Made by a program: the position numbers and the translations under genes. This document shows, piece by piece, positions 21,201 to 36,200 of a DNA stretch of 64,000 bases. Numbering within the stretch: position 1 is the first letter of the stretch; every line of letters starts with the position of its first letter. The notes under the pieces are model-generated. The model ran no database searches. It was not told where the DNA came from and was given only the letters and a program-made list of their open reading frames with translations. Source of the stretch: Gammaproteobacteria bacterium (lineage in GTDB: Bacteria > Pseudomonadota > Gammaproteobacteria > Eutrophobiales > Eutrophobiaceae); NCBI GenBank assembly GCA_965215365.1, contig CBDCDS010000003.1:1312001-1376000 (forward strand). Direction: 5' to 3'.

Positions 21201-24200
21201 CGTCTGGCATGCCTTCGGTGACGGGCGGCGCTACCAGGATGTGGTCTTCGAGCTGGCCGACAACCCGGCCTTTACTAACTCGACTATCGTCTTTAACAAC
21301 GATGCGGACAATTCTCTGGGGCTCGGTGCCGGGACCGACGCCCCGTACACCGAAACTGCCGCCGGCAAGCAGGTGCTGTTCGCCCCGACCCCGGCCCGTT
21401 ACCTGCGACTATGGTCACAGGGCAATACCGTCAACGATGCCAACCACTTAGTGGAAGTGGAAGTCTATGGCACCGGTCACGGCACGGCGACCGCCACGCT
21501 CAGCGCCTCGAGCACCGCGCCCGGGGATCTCCGCGCGGCGATAGACGGCCACCCCGACACCGCCATCGATCTCGGCACCGGCCCACAGTACTTACAGCTT
21601 GACTTAGGCACCCCTCGGCAGGTGAACAGCTTAGTCGTGCTGCGCGAGGGGGACTTGCGCGCCTACCGCAACGTGGTCTATCAGTTATCGAACGACGCCG
21701 ACTTCGCCGACACAGTGACCACGGTGTTTCACAACGACTATGACGCGGTGCACGGCTTGGGCCTCAAAGAGCCGTCCCAAGGCGAGTATGCCGAGACGCC
21801 CAACGGCCACTATGTGCGCTTTGCGCCCCGCCCGGCGCGCTATGTGCGCCTGTATTCCAACGGCTCAGACCGCGACCGCCACAACCGCTATCACGAAGTA
21901 CTGGTGGGCACCGAGCATGCGACCCGGTTGCCCACACCGACGCCGGCCTGGGCACCGGCCGAATCAGCGCAGGCCGACAACACGGCGCGGGCCGACAACG
22001 CAGCGCAGCAGGGCGCCCCGCCCGGCGCCCCAATCCCCGGCCCGGCGGCGGGCGGCGCCGGACTGGGCGCGCGGGCGTTGCTGGGGCCGCGCCAGGATCC
22101 CCCTGGGAAGCTGGTGAGTAACACCGGCGAGGTTGCGAGCAAGACCTTCCGAAACCACATCGCGACAAAATTCACAACGGGCAACTACAGGCGGGGCTAC
22201 GTGATTTCGTCGGTCGGTGTACACCTCGGCTCAGCCTCCCTGCCCTTAGGAACCAGCATTCCCCTGACCGTTAAAATTTTGCGGGGCAGCAGAAACCCCG
22301 GCACTAATGTGGTGGCCGAGCTGGGGGCGCCGGACCGTCTCACTGAGAATGCGGTCAACACCTTTACCGCGCCTGCAAACACAGTGCTGGCCGCCAACAC
22401 GACCTACTTCCTTAGTGTGTCGCCGAAGGGCCTATTAACACGAGCCAACATCCAAGTATCCGCGACCACCTCTGACAGCCAGACGGGTGCGACGGGTTGG
22501 AGCATTGCCAACAGCAGTCGCACCAGCACAAGGGTGCGTGGCAGAGATATCTGGCAGGATGACAACAGCTCTCTCATGTTTGTGATCAAGGGCATCAGCG
22601 CCCCCTTGCGCAAACCCAAGGGTTTTAAGGCAACGCCAGGCAACAGGAAGGTGACGCTGACCTGGACTAACCCGTCCGATAGCACCATCACCAAGTATCA
22701 GTATCGCCAAGGCACGGGCACGACCGTCACCTGGGGCGAGTGGACAAACATTCCCAGAAGTTCGGCCACCACCACCTCACACACCGTGACCGGCCTGGAC
22801 AACGGCACGGCCTACAGCTTTGAAGTGCGCGCCGTGGTCGACACGGAGATCGGTCTGGCCTCGGATGCCGTGACGGCCACGCCGGGCGTCCCCTTGAACT
22901 TCGTCACCTGGCACCTACCCCGTGAAGTGCTTTATTTGAAGGATGCGCCGATATTGGCACCGACGAGACTGCCCCGGGCCGGCAACAACGTGGGCACGGT
23001 GACCTATGCCTTAACACCGGCGCTGCCGACGGGCCTGCAATGGGACGCTAAGGAGCGCACGATTTCAGGCACCCCCACGGTGAACCAGGCGCGCACGCAA
23101 TACACCATGACGGCGACCGAACCTTCAAATGCGAACGCTGTCGACGGCGTCTACACCTTCCACCTGACGGTGGCGGCCGAGGATAACAAGCCCACCTTCG
23201 GCAGTGAGACGCAGGCCGACCTGTTACTGGCAAGAGGCACGGCCATGCCTACCGTCACACTGCCGAAAGCCACGGGCGGTGATGGCACGCTGACCTATCA
23301 GTTATTGCCGTTGAAGTGGAGTAACATGGGCTACAACCAGAACGCGGACCGGGAGAGCAACCAACCCCTGGACTATGCCGGGGTAGCGAACCTGCCGGCA
23401 GGGCTCAGCTTCAATACCACCACCCGCGCGCTGTCGGGCACGCCCACAGCGAACTGGACACGCGCGCTATATACCTTAGTGGCCACGGACGCTGATGGCG
23501 ACACGGCGGGCCTGAACTTCCATGTGGCGGTGGCAAACGCGTTAACCCCGGCCACCAGTTCCAGCACTCTGGAGGTCTGGACGGACGATGCGCTGAGCCA
23601 TGTCAACCGTAATGCCACTAAGCCGGGCTCGCCGTCGACCCGCATTGACTTACATGCGGCGCGCAATGAATATGAGAACGGCCAGATAGTGCTGCGTAGT
23701 GATGCGGATTTGACCATTACCGAAGTGGCGTTTAGTGACCTCACCAGCGGCAGCAACACGATTGCTAAGGCCCACCTTGACTATCGGTTTGTGGAATACC
23801 ACGTGCCGGTGATGCCGACCCGGGCGACCGATTTGCTCTACGCGGCCACTGTTCGTCCTAATCGCCCCGACCCCCTGTCCAATGCTCGCGCCATTATCGT
23901 ACCGGCGAACGTCACCCAACCCATCTTAGTGACGGCGTATGTCCCCAAGGGGCAGGCGGCGGGGACTTATACCGGCGATGTGACGGTCAAGGTCAAGACG
24001 GCGCAGGGAAATCAGACCAAGACCGTGCCCTTGAGCGTGAAGGTCTATGCGGTGCAGATTCCCGATGCCAAGGACAGCGAGTTCTTACAGTACAACTGGA
24101 CCGAGACGAACATGTACTCCGTGCGCAATGATGAGGACATGGGGTTTTCGTACTACGGGATTTATAAGTACTCCGATGACTGGTGGGGCTTAATGGGCAA

Positions 24201-27200
24201 CATGGCCGACACCATGTCCAAGCATCGTCAGAACATGACCATTGCCTGGACGGTGGCACTGCTGCGCGACGGCGGCAGTAAGGCCAAGTCCGATGGCACG
24301 TATGACTGGCAATGGGGGCTGTTCGATAAGTTCATCGACACTTATAACCAGGGTGGCATGTCGCATTTCGGTGGTGGGCATTTGTCGTTCCACTGGGAGG
24401 GCGGCAAACCGCGCAGTTGGGATGCTGCCCGGCATTTCGAGGTGGCGATGCTCGCGCCTGACGCGAACGGTGAGACGCGCATCGGCGGTGCCGTGGTGCC
24501 GACCTCGACGAGCAATGCCGACGACGAGCGCACGGTGGCCCGGGATTGGCTCAATGCTTATCTGCCGGAGCTGGACAAACATATTGCTGCGAAGGGCTTA
24601 CTCGGCGGTGCCAAGCTGCGCGATAAGTGGTTCCAACATCTCGGTGATGAGCCGGGCGGCAGCACTGATATCCAACAATGGGCGTATATGGCAGACACGC
24701 TCAAGGACAACGCGCCCAAGATACGTAATTTAGATGCAGCTCAGACCAGCGTCGGGGGGCTTTTGCAGGCTGCCAATGCGGCCCGGGTGAATGCCTGGAG
24801 TCCTTACCTGATCGAGTTTGACAAGCGCAAAACCTTATTTGCTGACCAGCAGGCGCTCGACAAGCCGGTGTTTGTCTATGTGATGTACACCCCCAGGGAC
24901 AAGAACGACTATAACCGCCTGTTCAACAACCATCTGGTATCGACTTCCACGCTGTATTGGTATTACTTCCGTCATAACTTAGACGGCAATCTGCACTGGG
25001 CACTGAACGTCTGGTCTATTACCGCGGGAGATGCTTCCAAGGGCGATACCCACATCGTCTATCCGGACATCGGCGGGCGCACCCTGCGCTCATCGCTGCG
25101 CTATGAAGCCGAGCGCGGCGGGCTGGAGGACTTAGAGCTATTAAAGCTGTATAAGAAGACCTCTGCCAGCGCGGCTAATACACTGGCTGAGAAGCTCACC
25201 ACCACGACCCGCACCAACCACAACAAGGATGTGTCAACGTACCGCACTGTGCGTGCAGAGTTGCTGAGTGCCGCCACCAATCCCCCAGAGCTGTCGATTA
25301 ACAGCGTAGCGGTATTGGAGGGCCGCACCGCGCGTTTTACGGTGAGCCTGTCGAAGGCGCACACCGCCAACGTCACGGTGCAGGCGGCCACCTCGAACGG
25401 CACGGCCACGGCGGGCAGCGACTACACGGCTAAGACGGCCACACTGACCATTGCCGTCGGCAGCACGAGCGCCACGTTTGACGTGGCCACCAGCGCTGAC
25501 GACGAAGTAGAAGGCACCGAGACCTTCGAGGTGACCCTGAGCGGCCCAACGAATGCCACGCTCAAGGAGGACGGTGACACCGGAGTCGGCGCCCTGCACG
25601 ACGGCGACGGCGGGACGCGCTTCGATGTGCCTCAGAATCACTCGGACGTCACCCGTGGTGGGGGGGCTTGGACGTGGGATTTTGGCCGCAACCCCCCCAA
25701 ATTTGACAACTACGGTAAAAATGGCTATGTCACCGGAGCTAACGGCGCCTATCTGGAATACACCTTTACCGGCACCGGGGTGGACTTTATCTCACAGGTT
25801 GGCCCTAACCACGGGGATGTGGATATCCATATCGACGGCACCAAGATGGCTACCGTGAACTTGTACCAAAGCGGCAGCGTCACCGGCAAGTACGTGGCCT
25901 ACAGCGTGCGCGACCTGACCGCCGGGGAGCATACCATCCGGGTGACTAAGCGGTCTGCTACCTGGCTCATCGTGGACGCCTTCTCTGTGTACGGCGCGCC
26001 CTTGAGCTTCGTTACTTGGCACCTGCCCCCTGAGGTGCGCTATGTGAAGGATACGGCGATATTGGCGCCGACCCGACTGCCTCGGGTCGGCAACGGCGCG
26101 GGGACGGTGACTTATGCCCTGACACCGACACCGCCGACAGGCCTGCAATGGGACGCTAAGGAACGCACGATTTCAGGCACTCCCACGGTGAATAAAGCGC
26201 GCACGCAATACACCATGACGGCGACCGATGCGATAGGTGGTACCAAGGCCTTTACCTTCCACCTGACGGTGGCTAACAAGGACAACAAGCCGACCTTCGG
26301 CACTGCCAAGCAAACCGACCTGTTGCTGAAGAAGGACTCAGCTAGGAGCGTGACACTACCGGCGGCCACGGGCGGCGATGGCACGTTGACTTATCAGTTA
26401 TTGCCGTTGAAGTGGAGTAACATGGGCTACAACCAGGGGGTACGAGAGAACAACCAACCCCTGGACTACGCCGGGGTGGCCAACCTGCCGGCGGGTGTGA
26501 GCTTCGATGCCACCACCCGCGTCCTCTCGGGCACGCCCACGGCGAACTGGACGCGCGCCTTGTACACGTTGGTGGCCACGGATGCCGACGGCGACACGGC
26601 GACGCTGAGCTTCCATGTGGCGGTAGTGACCGCACTGACCCCGGCTACCGGCTCGAGCACCCTGGAGGTATGGACGGACGATGCGCTCAAGCATGTCAAC
26701 CGCGATGCCACCAAGCCGTCCTCGCCGTCAACGGCCATCGCCTTACATGCGGCGCGCAATGAATATGAGAGCGGCCAGATAGTGCTACGCAGTGATGCGG
26801 ATTTGACCATCACCGAGGTGGCGTTTGACGACCTCACCGATGGCAGCAACACGATTGCTAAGACCCACCTTGACTACCGGTTTGTAGAATACCACGTGCC
26901 GGTGATGCCGACTCGGACGACCAAGCTGCTCTACCCGGCTGCTAATCGCCCCGATCCGCTATCGAATGCCCGCTCGATTGTGGTGCCGGCGAACGTCACC
27001 CAACCCATCTTAGTGACGGCATACATCCCCAAGTGGCAGGCGGCGGGCACTTATACCGGCGATGTGACGGTGAAGGTCAACACGGTCCAGGGGGTTAAGA
27101 CCAAAACTGTGTCGCTGAGCGTCAAGGTGTACCCCGTAGGGATCCCCGATGCCAAGGACAGCGAGTTCTTGCAGTACAACTGGACCGAGACGAACATGTA

Positions 27201-30200
27201 CTCCATCCGCAATGAAGAGGACATGGGGCGCTCGTACTACGGGATTGACAAGTACTCCGATGACTGGTGGGGCCTGATGGAAAACATGGCCGATACCATG
27301 TCGACGTATCGTCAGAACATGGCCATTGCCTGGACGGTGGGCTTGCTGCGCGATGGCGGCAGTAAGGCCAAGGCCGATGGCACTTATGAGTGGGACTGGC
27401 GGCTGTTCGACAAGTACATCGAGACTTATAACCAGCGCGGCATGAGCCACTTCGGCGGCGGGCATTTGGCATTGCACTGGACCGGCAAGCCCGGGAGTTA
27501 CAATGGTTATATTGACTTCCAAGTGGCGCTGCTGTCTCGTGACGCAGACGGTGAGACGCGCATCGCCGGTGCCCTGGTGCCGACCTCAATAGCCAATGCT
27601 GACGAGCGCACCGTTGCCCGCGATTGGTTGAATGATTATTTGCCAGAATTGGACACCCATATTGCGGCCAAGACCTTAGTGGGCGGCGCCAAGCTGCGCG
27701 CGCAATGGTTTCAGCATATCGCCGATGAGCCGCACGCGGGCAGCGAAATCGAACAATGGGTGTATATGGCGGACGCACTCAAGGCCAAGGCGCCGAACAT
27801 GCGTAACCTTGATGCGGCGCTGCATGGCATACCGGAACTGGTGAAGAACGCAGACAAGGTGACGGCCTGGAGTCCTTACATCGACAGCTTTGGCCAGAGA
27901 AAAGACTTCTTTGCCCAACAGCAAGCGGCCGGTAAGCCGGTGTTTATCTACGTGTTGGAGATTCCCAGCGGGCAGAATGACCTCAACCGCCTGTTCAAAA
28001 ACTACCTGGTATCGACCACCACGCTCTATTGGCATTACTTCCGCCATAATGCGGACGGCAATCTACACTGGGCGCTGAACGTCTGGTCCATTGCGTCGTC
28101 GAGCGGCAATGAAGGCGATACCCACATCGTGTACCCGGACATTGGCGGGCGCACCCTGCGCTCATCGTTGCGCTATGAAGCCGAGCGGGCCGGGTTGGAG
28201 GACTTGGAGTTGTTAAAGCTTTACAAGGCGGAATCTTCGGACGCGGCCAACACGCTGGCCGACAAGCTGTTAAGCCCCCCAGGCGCCGAGAACCGACAAG
28301 ACCATAATAAAAATTCGTCAGAGTACCGCGCCGTGCGTCAGGAGCTGCTGGAGGCGCTGCCAGCGGTACCGCTGCCGCCGTTGCCTAAGCCCACGGGTTT
28401 TACGGTGACTCCGGGCGGAGGTGAAGTGACGCTCGCCTGGTCTGAGCCTGCCGATAACGGTATCACCAAATATCAGTTCCGTCAGGGCGACGGCGTCCCC
28501 GTTACCTGGGGCGATTGGACGGACATTCCCAACAGCGATGCCGATACCACCTCGCACACGGTGACCGGCCTGACCAGCGGCGTGGCCTACAGCTTCGAGG
28601 TGCGCGCCGTGAGGGGGGCAACGTCCGGCTCGGCCACGGCTGCCTTGACCGTCATGCCGACAGCCCCCCAACTGGTGAGTAACACCGGCGAAGCTGTTGC
28701 GAGCAAGACCTTCCGAAACCACATCGCGACAAAATTCAGAACGGGCAAAGGCAGTGCGGGCTACGTGATTTCGTCGGTCGGTGTACGCCTCGGCTCAGCC
28801 TCCCTGCCCTTAGGAACCAGCATTCCCCTGACCGTTAAAATTTTGCGGGGCAGCAGAAACCCCGGCACTAATGTGGTGGCCGAGCTGGGGGCGCCGGACC
28901 GTCTCACTGAGAATGCGGTCAACACCTTTACCGCGCCTGCAAACACAGTGCTGGCCGCCAACACGACCTACTTCCTTAGTGTGTCGCCGAAGCTCCCATT
29001 AACACGAGCCTACATCCAAGTATCCGCGACCACCTCTGACAGCCAGACGGGTGCGACGGGTTGGAGCATTGCCAACAGCAGTCGCACCAGCACAAGGGTG
29101 CGTGGCAGAGATATCTGGCAGGATGACAACAGCTCTCTCATGTTTGTGATCAAAGGTACCAACCACAGCAATGCGAAACCCACAGAGCTTTCAGCGATAC
29201 CGGGTAACGGCAAGGTGACGCTCAGTTGGGCTGATCCCTCTGATATTACCATTACCAAGTATCAGTATCGCCAAGGCACGGGCACGACCGTCACCTGGGG
29301 CGAGTGGACAAACATTCCCAGCAGTTCGGCCACCACCACCTCACACACCGTGACCGGCCTGGCCAACGGCACGGCTTACAGCTTTGAAGTGCGCGCCGTG
29401 GGAGGGGAGGTGACCGGTCCGGCATCAGATGTTGTGTCCGCCACACCGGTCGTGCCCACTCTGAACTTCGTCACCTGGCACCTGCCCCCTGAGCTGCGCT
29501 ATGTGAGGTATAGGGCTATCCTGGCGCCGACCCGGCTGCCGCGGATCGATGGCGGCACGGGCACGGTGACTTATACCTTAACACCGGCGCTGCCCACGGG
29601 CCTGAAGTGGGACGCTAAGGAACGCACGATTTCAGGCACCCCCACCGCAGATAAGGCGCGCACGCAATACACCATGACGGCGACCGATGCGGCCAGTCGC
29701 ACTGCCACTTATACCTTCCACCTGACGGTCGCCGCCGCCGACAAAAAGCCCACCTTCGGCAGTAAGACGCAGGCCGACCTGCTGCTGAAAAGAGGCACGG
29801 CCATGCCTACCGTCACGCTACCGGCGGCCAGTAGCGGCGACGGCACGCTGACCTATCAGTTGTTGCCATTGCGGTGGACGAATCAGAGCTATAACAAAGG
29901 AGTGCGGGAGACCAACGCACCCTTGGACTACGCCGGGGAGGCCAACCTGCCGGCCGGGCTCGGTTTCAACACCGGCACGCGGGTACTTTCAGGCACTCCC
30001 ACCGAGAATTGGACACGCGCCCTTTATACCTTAGTCGCCACAGACACCGATGGCGACACGGCGGCGCTGAACTTCCATGTGGCGGTGGTGGATGCGTTGG
30101 CCCCGGCCACCAGCTCTAGCGCTTTGAATATATGGACGGACGATGCGCTCAACCGTGTGAACCGCGACGCCACCCAGCCGAACTCGCCGTCCAAGGCCAT

Positions 30201-33200
30201 TGCCTTACATGCGGTGCGCAACGAGTATGAGAGCGGCCAGGTAGTCCTGCGCAGCAATGCGGACTTGACCATTACCGAGGTGGCGTTTACCGACCTCACC
30301 AGCGGCAGCAACACGATTGCCAAGGCTAATCTTAACTACCGGTTTGTGGAATACCACGCGCCGCTGATGACCACCCGGGCGGCGCCCAAGCTGATTTACC
30401 CGGCTTCTGAGAAGCCGGATCCGCTGTCGAATGCCCGTACCATTGTGGTGCCGGCGAACGTCACCCAACCCATCTTAGTGACGGCGTATGTCCCCAAGGG
30501 GCAGGCGGCGGGGACCTACACCGGCACGGTGACGGTCAAGACCACCCAGGGGGACAAGACGGTGTCTTTGAGCGTCAAGGTCTATCCGGTGGAGATTCCC
30601 GATGCCAAGGACAGCGAGTTTAAGCAGTACAACTGGACCGAGACCAACATGTACTCCATCCGCAATGAAGAGGACATGGGCTTTTCGTACTACGGGATTG
30701 ACAAGTACTCTGATGATTGGTGGGAATTGATGGAGAACATGGCCGATACCATGTCGACGTATCGCCAGAACATGGCGATTGTGTGGGCGGTGGGTCTGCT
30801 GCGCGATGGCGGCAGTAAGGCCAAGGCCGATGGCACTTATGAGTGGGACTGGCGGCTGTTCGACAAGTACATCGAGACTTATAACCAGCGCGGTATGAGC
30901 CACTTCGGCGGCGGGCATTTGTCGTTGCACTGGACCGGTAAGCCCGGGAGTAACAATGTGCTTAATAATTTTCAGGTGATGCGCTTAGCGCCCGATGCCG
31001 ATGGTGAGACGCGCCTTGCAGGCGGGTTTGTGCCGGTCTCGGCGGACGGTACCCCGCCTGCTTACACGACCGCCAAAGACACACAGGCCACCACCGCGGC
31101 CGATGCCGAAGCGAGCAAGGCCGCCGGGAAGTGGTTGGAGGCTTACCTGACGGCCTTGAACACCCGCGCTTCGGCCACAACCCTAGCCAACGGCAAGAAG
31201 CTGGTCGATCACTGGTTTCAACATCTCGGCGATGAGCCGGAAGGCTCGCAGGGGCCGCAATGGGCGTATCTGGCCGATCAGGTCAAAGCCCATGCACCGC
31301 GCATGCGCAACATCGATGCGATCGGGTCGTCGGGTGCGAAAGTCCTGGTACAGGCTGCGAATGCGGCCAGGGTGACGGCCTGGAGTCCGTTCATTGCTGA
31401 GATTGATAACAGAAGAATGTTCTTCGCCGGCCAGCAACTCGCTGGCAAGCCGGTGTTTGCCTACATTGCGCTGGTGCCCGTGCACCCGTCCTTTAACCGC
31501 ATGTTCGCCAACGAACTGATCTCGACTTCCACGCTGTATTGGTATTGGTTCCGCCATAATCTCGACGGCTATTTGCACTGGGCGTTGAACGTGTGGTCGC
31601 TGGGGACGGGCAGTGGTTATGAAGGCGATACCCACATTGTCTATCCGGACATTGGCGGGCGCACGCTGCGCTCGTCGTTGCGCTATGAGGCCGAGCGCGG
31701 CGGGCTGGAGGACCTGGAGATATTGAAGCGCTATCAGGCGGCGGCGCCGGGCGCGGCCTATGCGCTGGCCGATGAGTTGGTCGACCCGGACGGCATCGGC
31801 GGTCTGATTACTCACACCAAGGATGTATCGTTGTACCGCACGGTGCGCACAGAGTTGTTGGAGAAAGCCGCCGCACAGGTCCCGGAAGTCGCGGTGGCGC
31901 CCCCGGTGCTGTCGATTAACAGCGTGGCGGTCACGGAGGGGGCGCCAGCGTATTTTGCGGTGCGCTCATCGCAGGTCCACACGCAACACTTACAGGTGAC
32001 GGTGGCCACCTCGAACGGCACGGCGACGGCGGGCAGCGACTACACGGCGACGACGACCACGCTGACCATCCCGGCCGGGAGCACGAGCGTCATCTTCGCG
32101 GTGCCGACGACCACCGACAGCACCTCGGAGTCCGCCGAGACGTTCACGGTGACTCTGTCCAACCCCACCGGCGGCGCCACCATCGACCCCGACGCCGGCG
32201 TGGGCACGGGCGCCCTGTACGATCCGGGCGGCACGCTCGTCAATGATGATGCCTCTGCCATTACCTACCAGTATGCAGGCGGTGACACCCGCGGCCAGGC
32301 CTGGCGGTCGGTGTCTCGCTCTGGCAGCAGCTACAATAATGACGTCCACATCACCCCGAGACCGGGCGCGTACTTTGACTATACGTTTACCGGCACCGGC
32401 GTAGACCTTATCTCGGAAACCGACTCCCGCTACGCGGAGGTTGACATCTACCTGGACGGGAACAAAGTGGCGCGCGCATCGCTGGTCAGCGCCAGCCGCG
32501 CCGGGAAAGTGCTGGTCTACAGCGTGCGCGGGTTGAGCGCAGGGAGCCATACCATCAAAGGTGTAAGGGTGGGGGTTAGCGTTAACAAGAATTTTGTGGT
32601 AGATGGCTTTTTGGTGCATACGAGCGATGCCTTTTTTGCCGATAGGTTAAAGCCCACCGGCTTAACTGCCACGCCGGGCGACAAGCAGGTGACGTTGAGC
32701 TGGCTCGATCCGTCCAACAGCGCCATCACCAAGTACCAGTATCGCCAGGGCGCCGGCACGACCGTCGTCTGGGGTGGCTGGACCGACATCGCCAACAGTG
32801 ACAACACCACCACCTCGCACACCGTGACGGGCTTAACCAACGGCACGGCCTACAGCTTTGAAGTGCGCGCCGTGGTCGGGACGGCAACCGGCGCCGCCTC
32901 AGGTGCCGTGAGCGCGACACCGGCCACCCCCAGCACCCTGCCAGAGCTGTCGATTAACAGCGCGACGGCATTAGAAGGCCGCACGGCAAGTTTTACGGTC
33001 ACCCTGTCACGCGCCCACACCGCCGATGTCACAGTACAGGCGGCCACCTCGAACGGCACGGCCACGGCAGGCAGTGACTACACGGCGAAGACGGCGACAT
33101 TAACCATTGCAACCGGCAGCACCAGCGCCACGTTTGACGTGGTCACCACCGACGATGCGGCGGTGGAAGGCACCGAGACCTTCGAGGCGACCTTGGCTAA

Positions 33201-36200
33201 CCCGTCTAAGGCCACGCTCAAAAAAGACGGCGACACCGCCACCGCCACCGTTTACGACGGCGACGGCGGGACGCGCTTCGATGTGCCTCGGAATCACTCG
33301 GACGTCACCCGTGGCGGGGGAAGTTGGACATGGGATTTTGGCCGCAACCCCCCCAAATTTGACAACTACGGTAAAAATGGCTACGTCACCGGAGCTAACG
33401 GCGCCTATCTGGAATACGCCTTTACCGGCACCGGGGTGGACTTTATCTCACAGGTTGGCCCGAACCACGGTAATGTGGACATCCATATTGATGGTACCAA
33501 GGTAGCCACCGTGAACTTGTACCAAAGCGGCAGCGTCACCGGCAAGTACGTGGCCTACAGCGTGCGCGACCTGACCGCCGGGGAACATACCATCCGGGTG
33601 ACCAAGCGGTCTGCTACCTGGCTCATCGTGGATGCTTTTATTGTGTACGGCGCCCCCTTGGACTTCGTCACCTGGCACTTACCCCGTGAGCTGCGCTATG
33701 TGAAGGATACGGCCATCCTGGCCCCGACCCGACTGCCTCGGGTCGGCAACGGCGCGGGCACGGTGACTTATGCCTTAACACCGACACTGCCGACAGGCCT
33801 GCAATGGGACGCTGAGGAGCGCACGATTTCAGGCACCCCCACGGTGAACCAGGCGCGCACGCAATACACCATGACGGCGACCGATGCGATAGGTGGTACC
33901 GAGGTCTTTACCTTCCACCTGACAGTGACTAACAAGGACGATAAGCCGACCTTCGGCAGTGAGACGCAAGCCGACCTGTTACTGGTGAAGGATGCGCTAA
34001 TGACCGCGGTCACACTGCCGGTGGCTACGGGCGGCGATGGCACGCTGACCTATCAGTTATTGCCGTTGAAGTGGAGTAACATGGGCTACAACCAGAACGC
34101 GGACCGGGAGAGCAACCAACCCTTAGACTACGCCGGGGTGGCCAACCTGCCGGCGGGGCTCAGCTTTAATGCCGGCACACGGGTGCTGTCGGGCACACCC
34201 ACTGAGAACTGGACGCGCGCCCTTTATACTTTAGTAGCCACGGACGCCGATGGCGACACGGCGGGTCTGAACTTCCATGTGGCGGTGGCAAACGCGTTAA
34301 CCCCGGCCACCAATTCCAGCACTCTGGAGGTCTGGACGGACGATGCACTCAAGCATGTCAACCGCAATGCCACTAAGCCGAGCTCGCCGTCGACCCGCAT
34401 TGACTTACATGCGGCGCGCAATGAGTACGAGAACGGCCAGATAGTGCTACGCAGTGATGCGGATTTGACCATTACCGAAGTGGCGTTTAGTGACCTCACC
34501 AGCGGCAGCAACACGATTGCCGCCAAGGATAACCTTGACTACCGGTTTGTAGAATACCACTCGCCGGTGATGCCGACCCGGACGACCAAGCTGCTCTACC
34601 CGGCTGCTAATCGTCCTGATCCGTTGTCCAATGCCCGCTCGATTGTGGTGCCGGCGAACGTCACCCAACCCATCTTAGTGACGGCGTATGTCCCCAAGGG
34701 GCAGGCGGCGGGCACTTATACCGGCGAGGTGACGGTGAAGGTCAACACCGCCCAGGGGGACCAGACCAAGACCGTGCCCTTGAGCGTTAAGGTCTATGCG
34801 GTGCAGATTCCCGATGCCAAGGACAGCGAGTTCTTACAGTACAACTGGACGGAGACGAACATGTACTCCGTGCGCAATGATGAGGACATGGGGTTTTCGT
34901 ACTACGGGATTTATAAGTACTCCGATGACTGGTGGGGCTTAATGGGCAACATGGCCGACACCATGTCCAAGCATCGTCAGAACATGACCATTGCCTGGAC
35001 GGTGGCACTGCTGCGCGACGGCGGCAGTAAGGCCAAGTCCGATGGCACGTATGACTGGCAATGGGGGCTGTTCGATAAGTTCATCGACACTTATAACCAG
35101 GGTGGCATGTCGCATTTCGGTGGTGGGCATTTGTCGTTCCACTGGGAGGGCGGCAAACCGCGCAGTTGGGATGCTGCCCGGCATTTCGAGGTGGCGATGC
35201 TCGCGCCTGACGCGAACGGTGAGACGCGCATCGGCGGTGCCGTGGTGCCGAAGTCCACGTCCGATACCGCCGGCACGCGCGCGAACGCCCGGGATTGGCT
35301 CAATGCTTATCTGCCAGAGCTGGACAAACATATTGCTGCGAAGGGCTTACTCGGCGGTGCCAAGCTGCGTGATAAGTGGTTCCAACATCTTGGCGATGAG
35401 CCGGGCGGCAGCACTGATATCCAACAATGGGCGTATATGGCAGACACGCTCAAGGCCAAGGCGCCCAAGATACGTAATTTAGATGCAGCCCAGACCAGCG
35501 TCGAGGGGCTTTTGCAGGATGCCAATGCGGCCCGGGTGAATGCTTGGAGTCCTTACCTGATCGAGTTTGACAAGCGCAAAACCTTATTTGCCCAACAGCA
35601 ACAAGCCGACAAGCCGGTGTTTGTCTATGTGATGTACACCCCCAGGGACAAGAACGACTATAACCGCCTGTTCAACAACCATCTGGTATCGACTTCCACG
35701 CTGTATTGGTATTACTTCCGCCATAACTTAGACGGCAATCTGCACTGGGCACTGAACGTCTGGTCTATTACCGCGGGAGATGCTTCCAAGGGCGATACCC
35801 ACATCGTCTATCCGGACATCGGCGGGCGCACGCTGCGCTCATCGCTGCGCTATGAAGCCGAGCGTGGCGGGCTGGAGGACTTAGAGCTATTAAAGCTGTA
35901 TAAGAAGACCTCTGCCAGCGCGGCTAATACACTGGCTGAGAAGCTCACCACCACGACCCGCACCAACCACAACAAGGATGTGTCAACGTACCGCACTGTG
36001 CGTGCAGAGTTGCTGAGTGCCCTCACCGCCACCGCCCCCCCGGAGCTGTCGATTAACAACGTGGCAGTGACAGAGGGTGCGGCGGCATATTTTACGGTGA
36101 CCCTGTCGGCGGCCCACACCGCTGACGTCACGGTGCGGGCGGCCACTTCGGACGGCACGGCCACGGCGGGCAGCGACTACACGGCGAAGACGGCCACGCT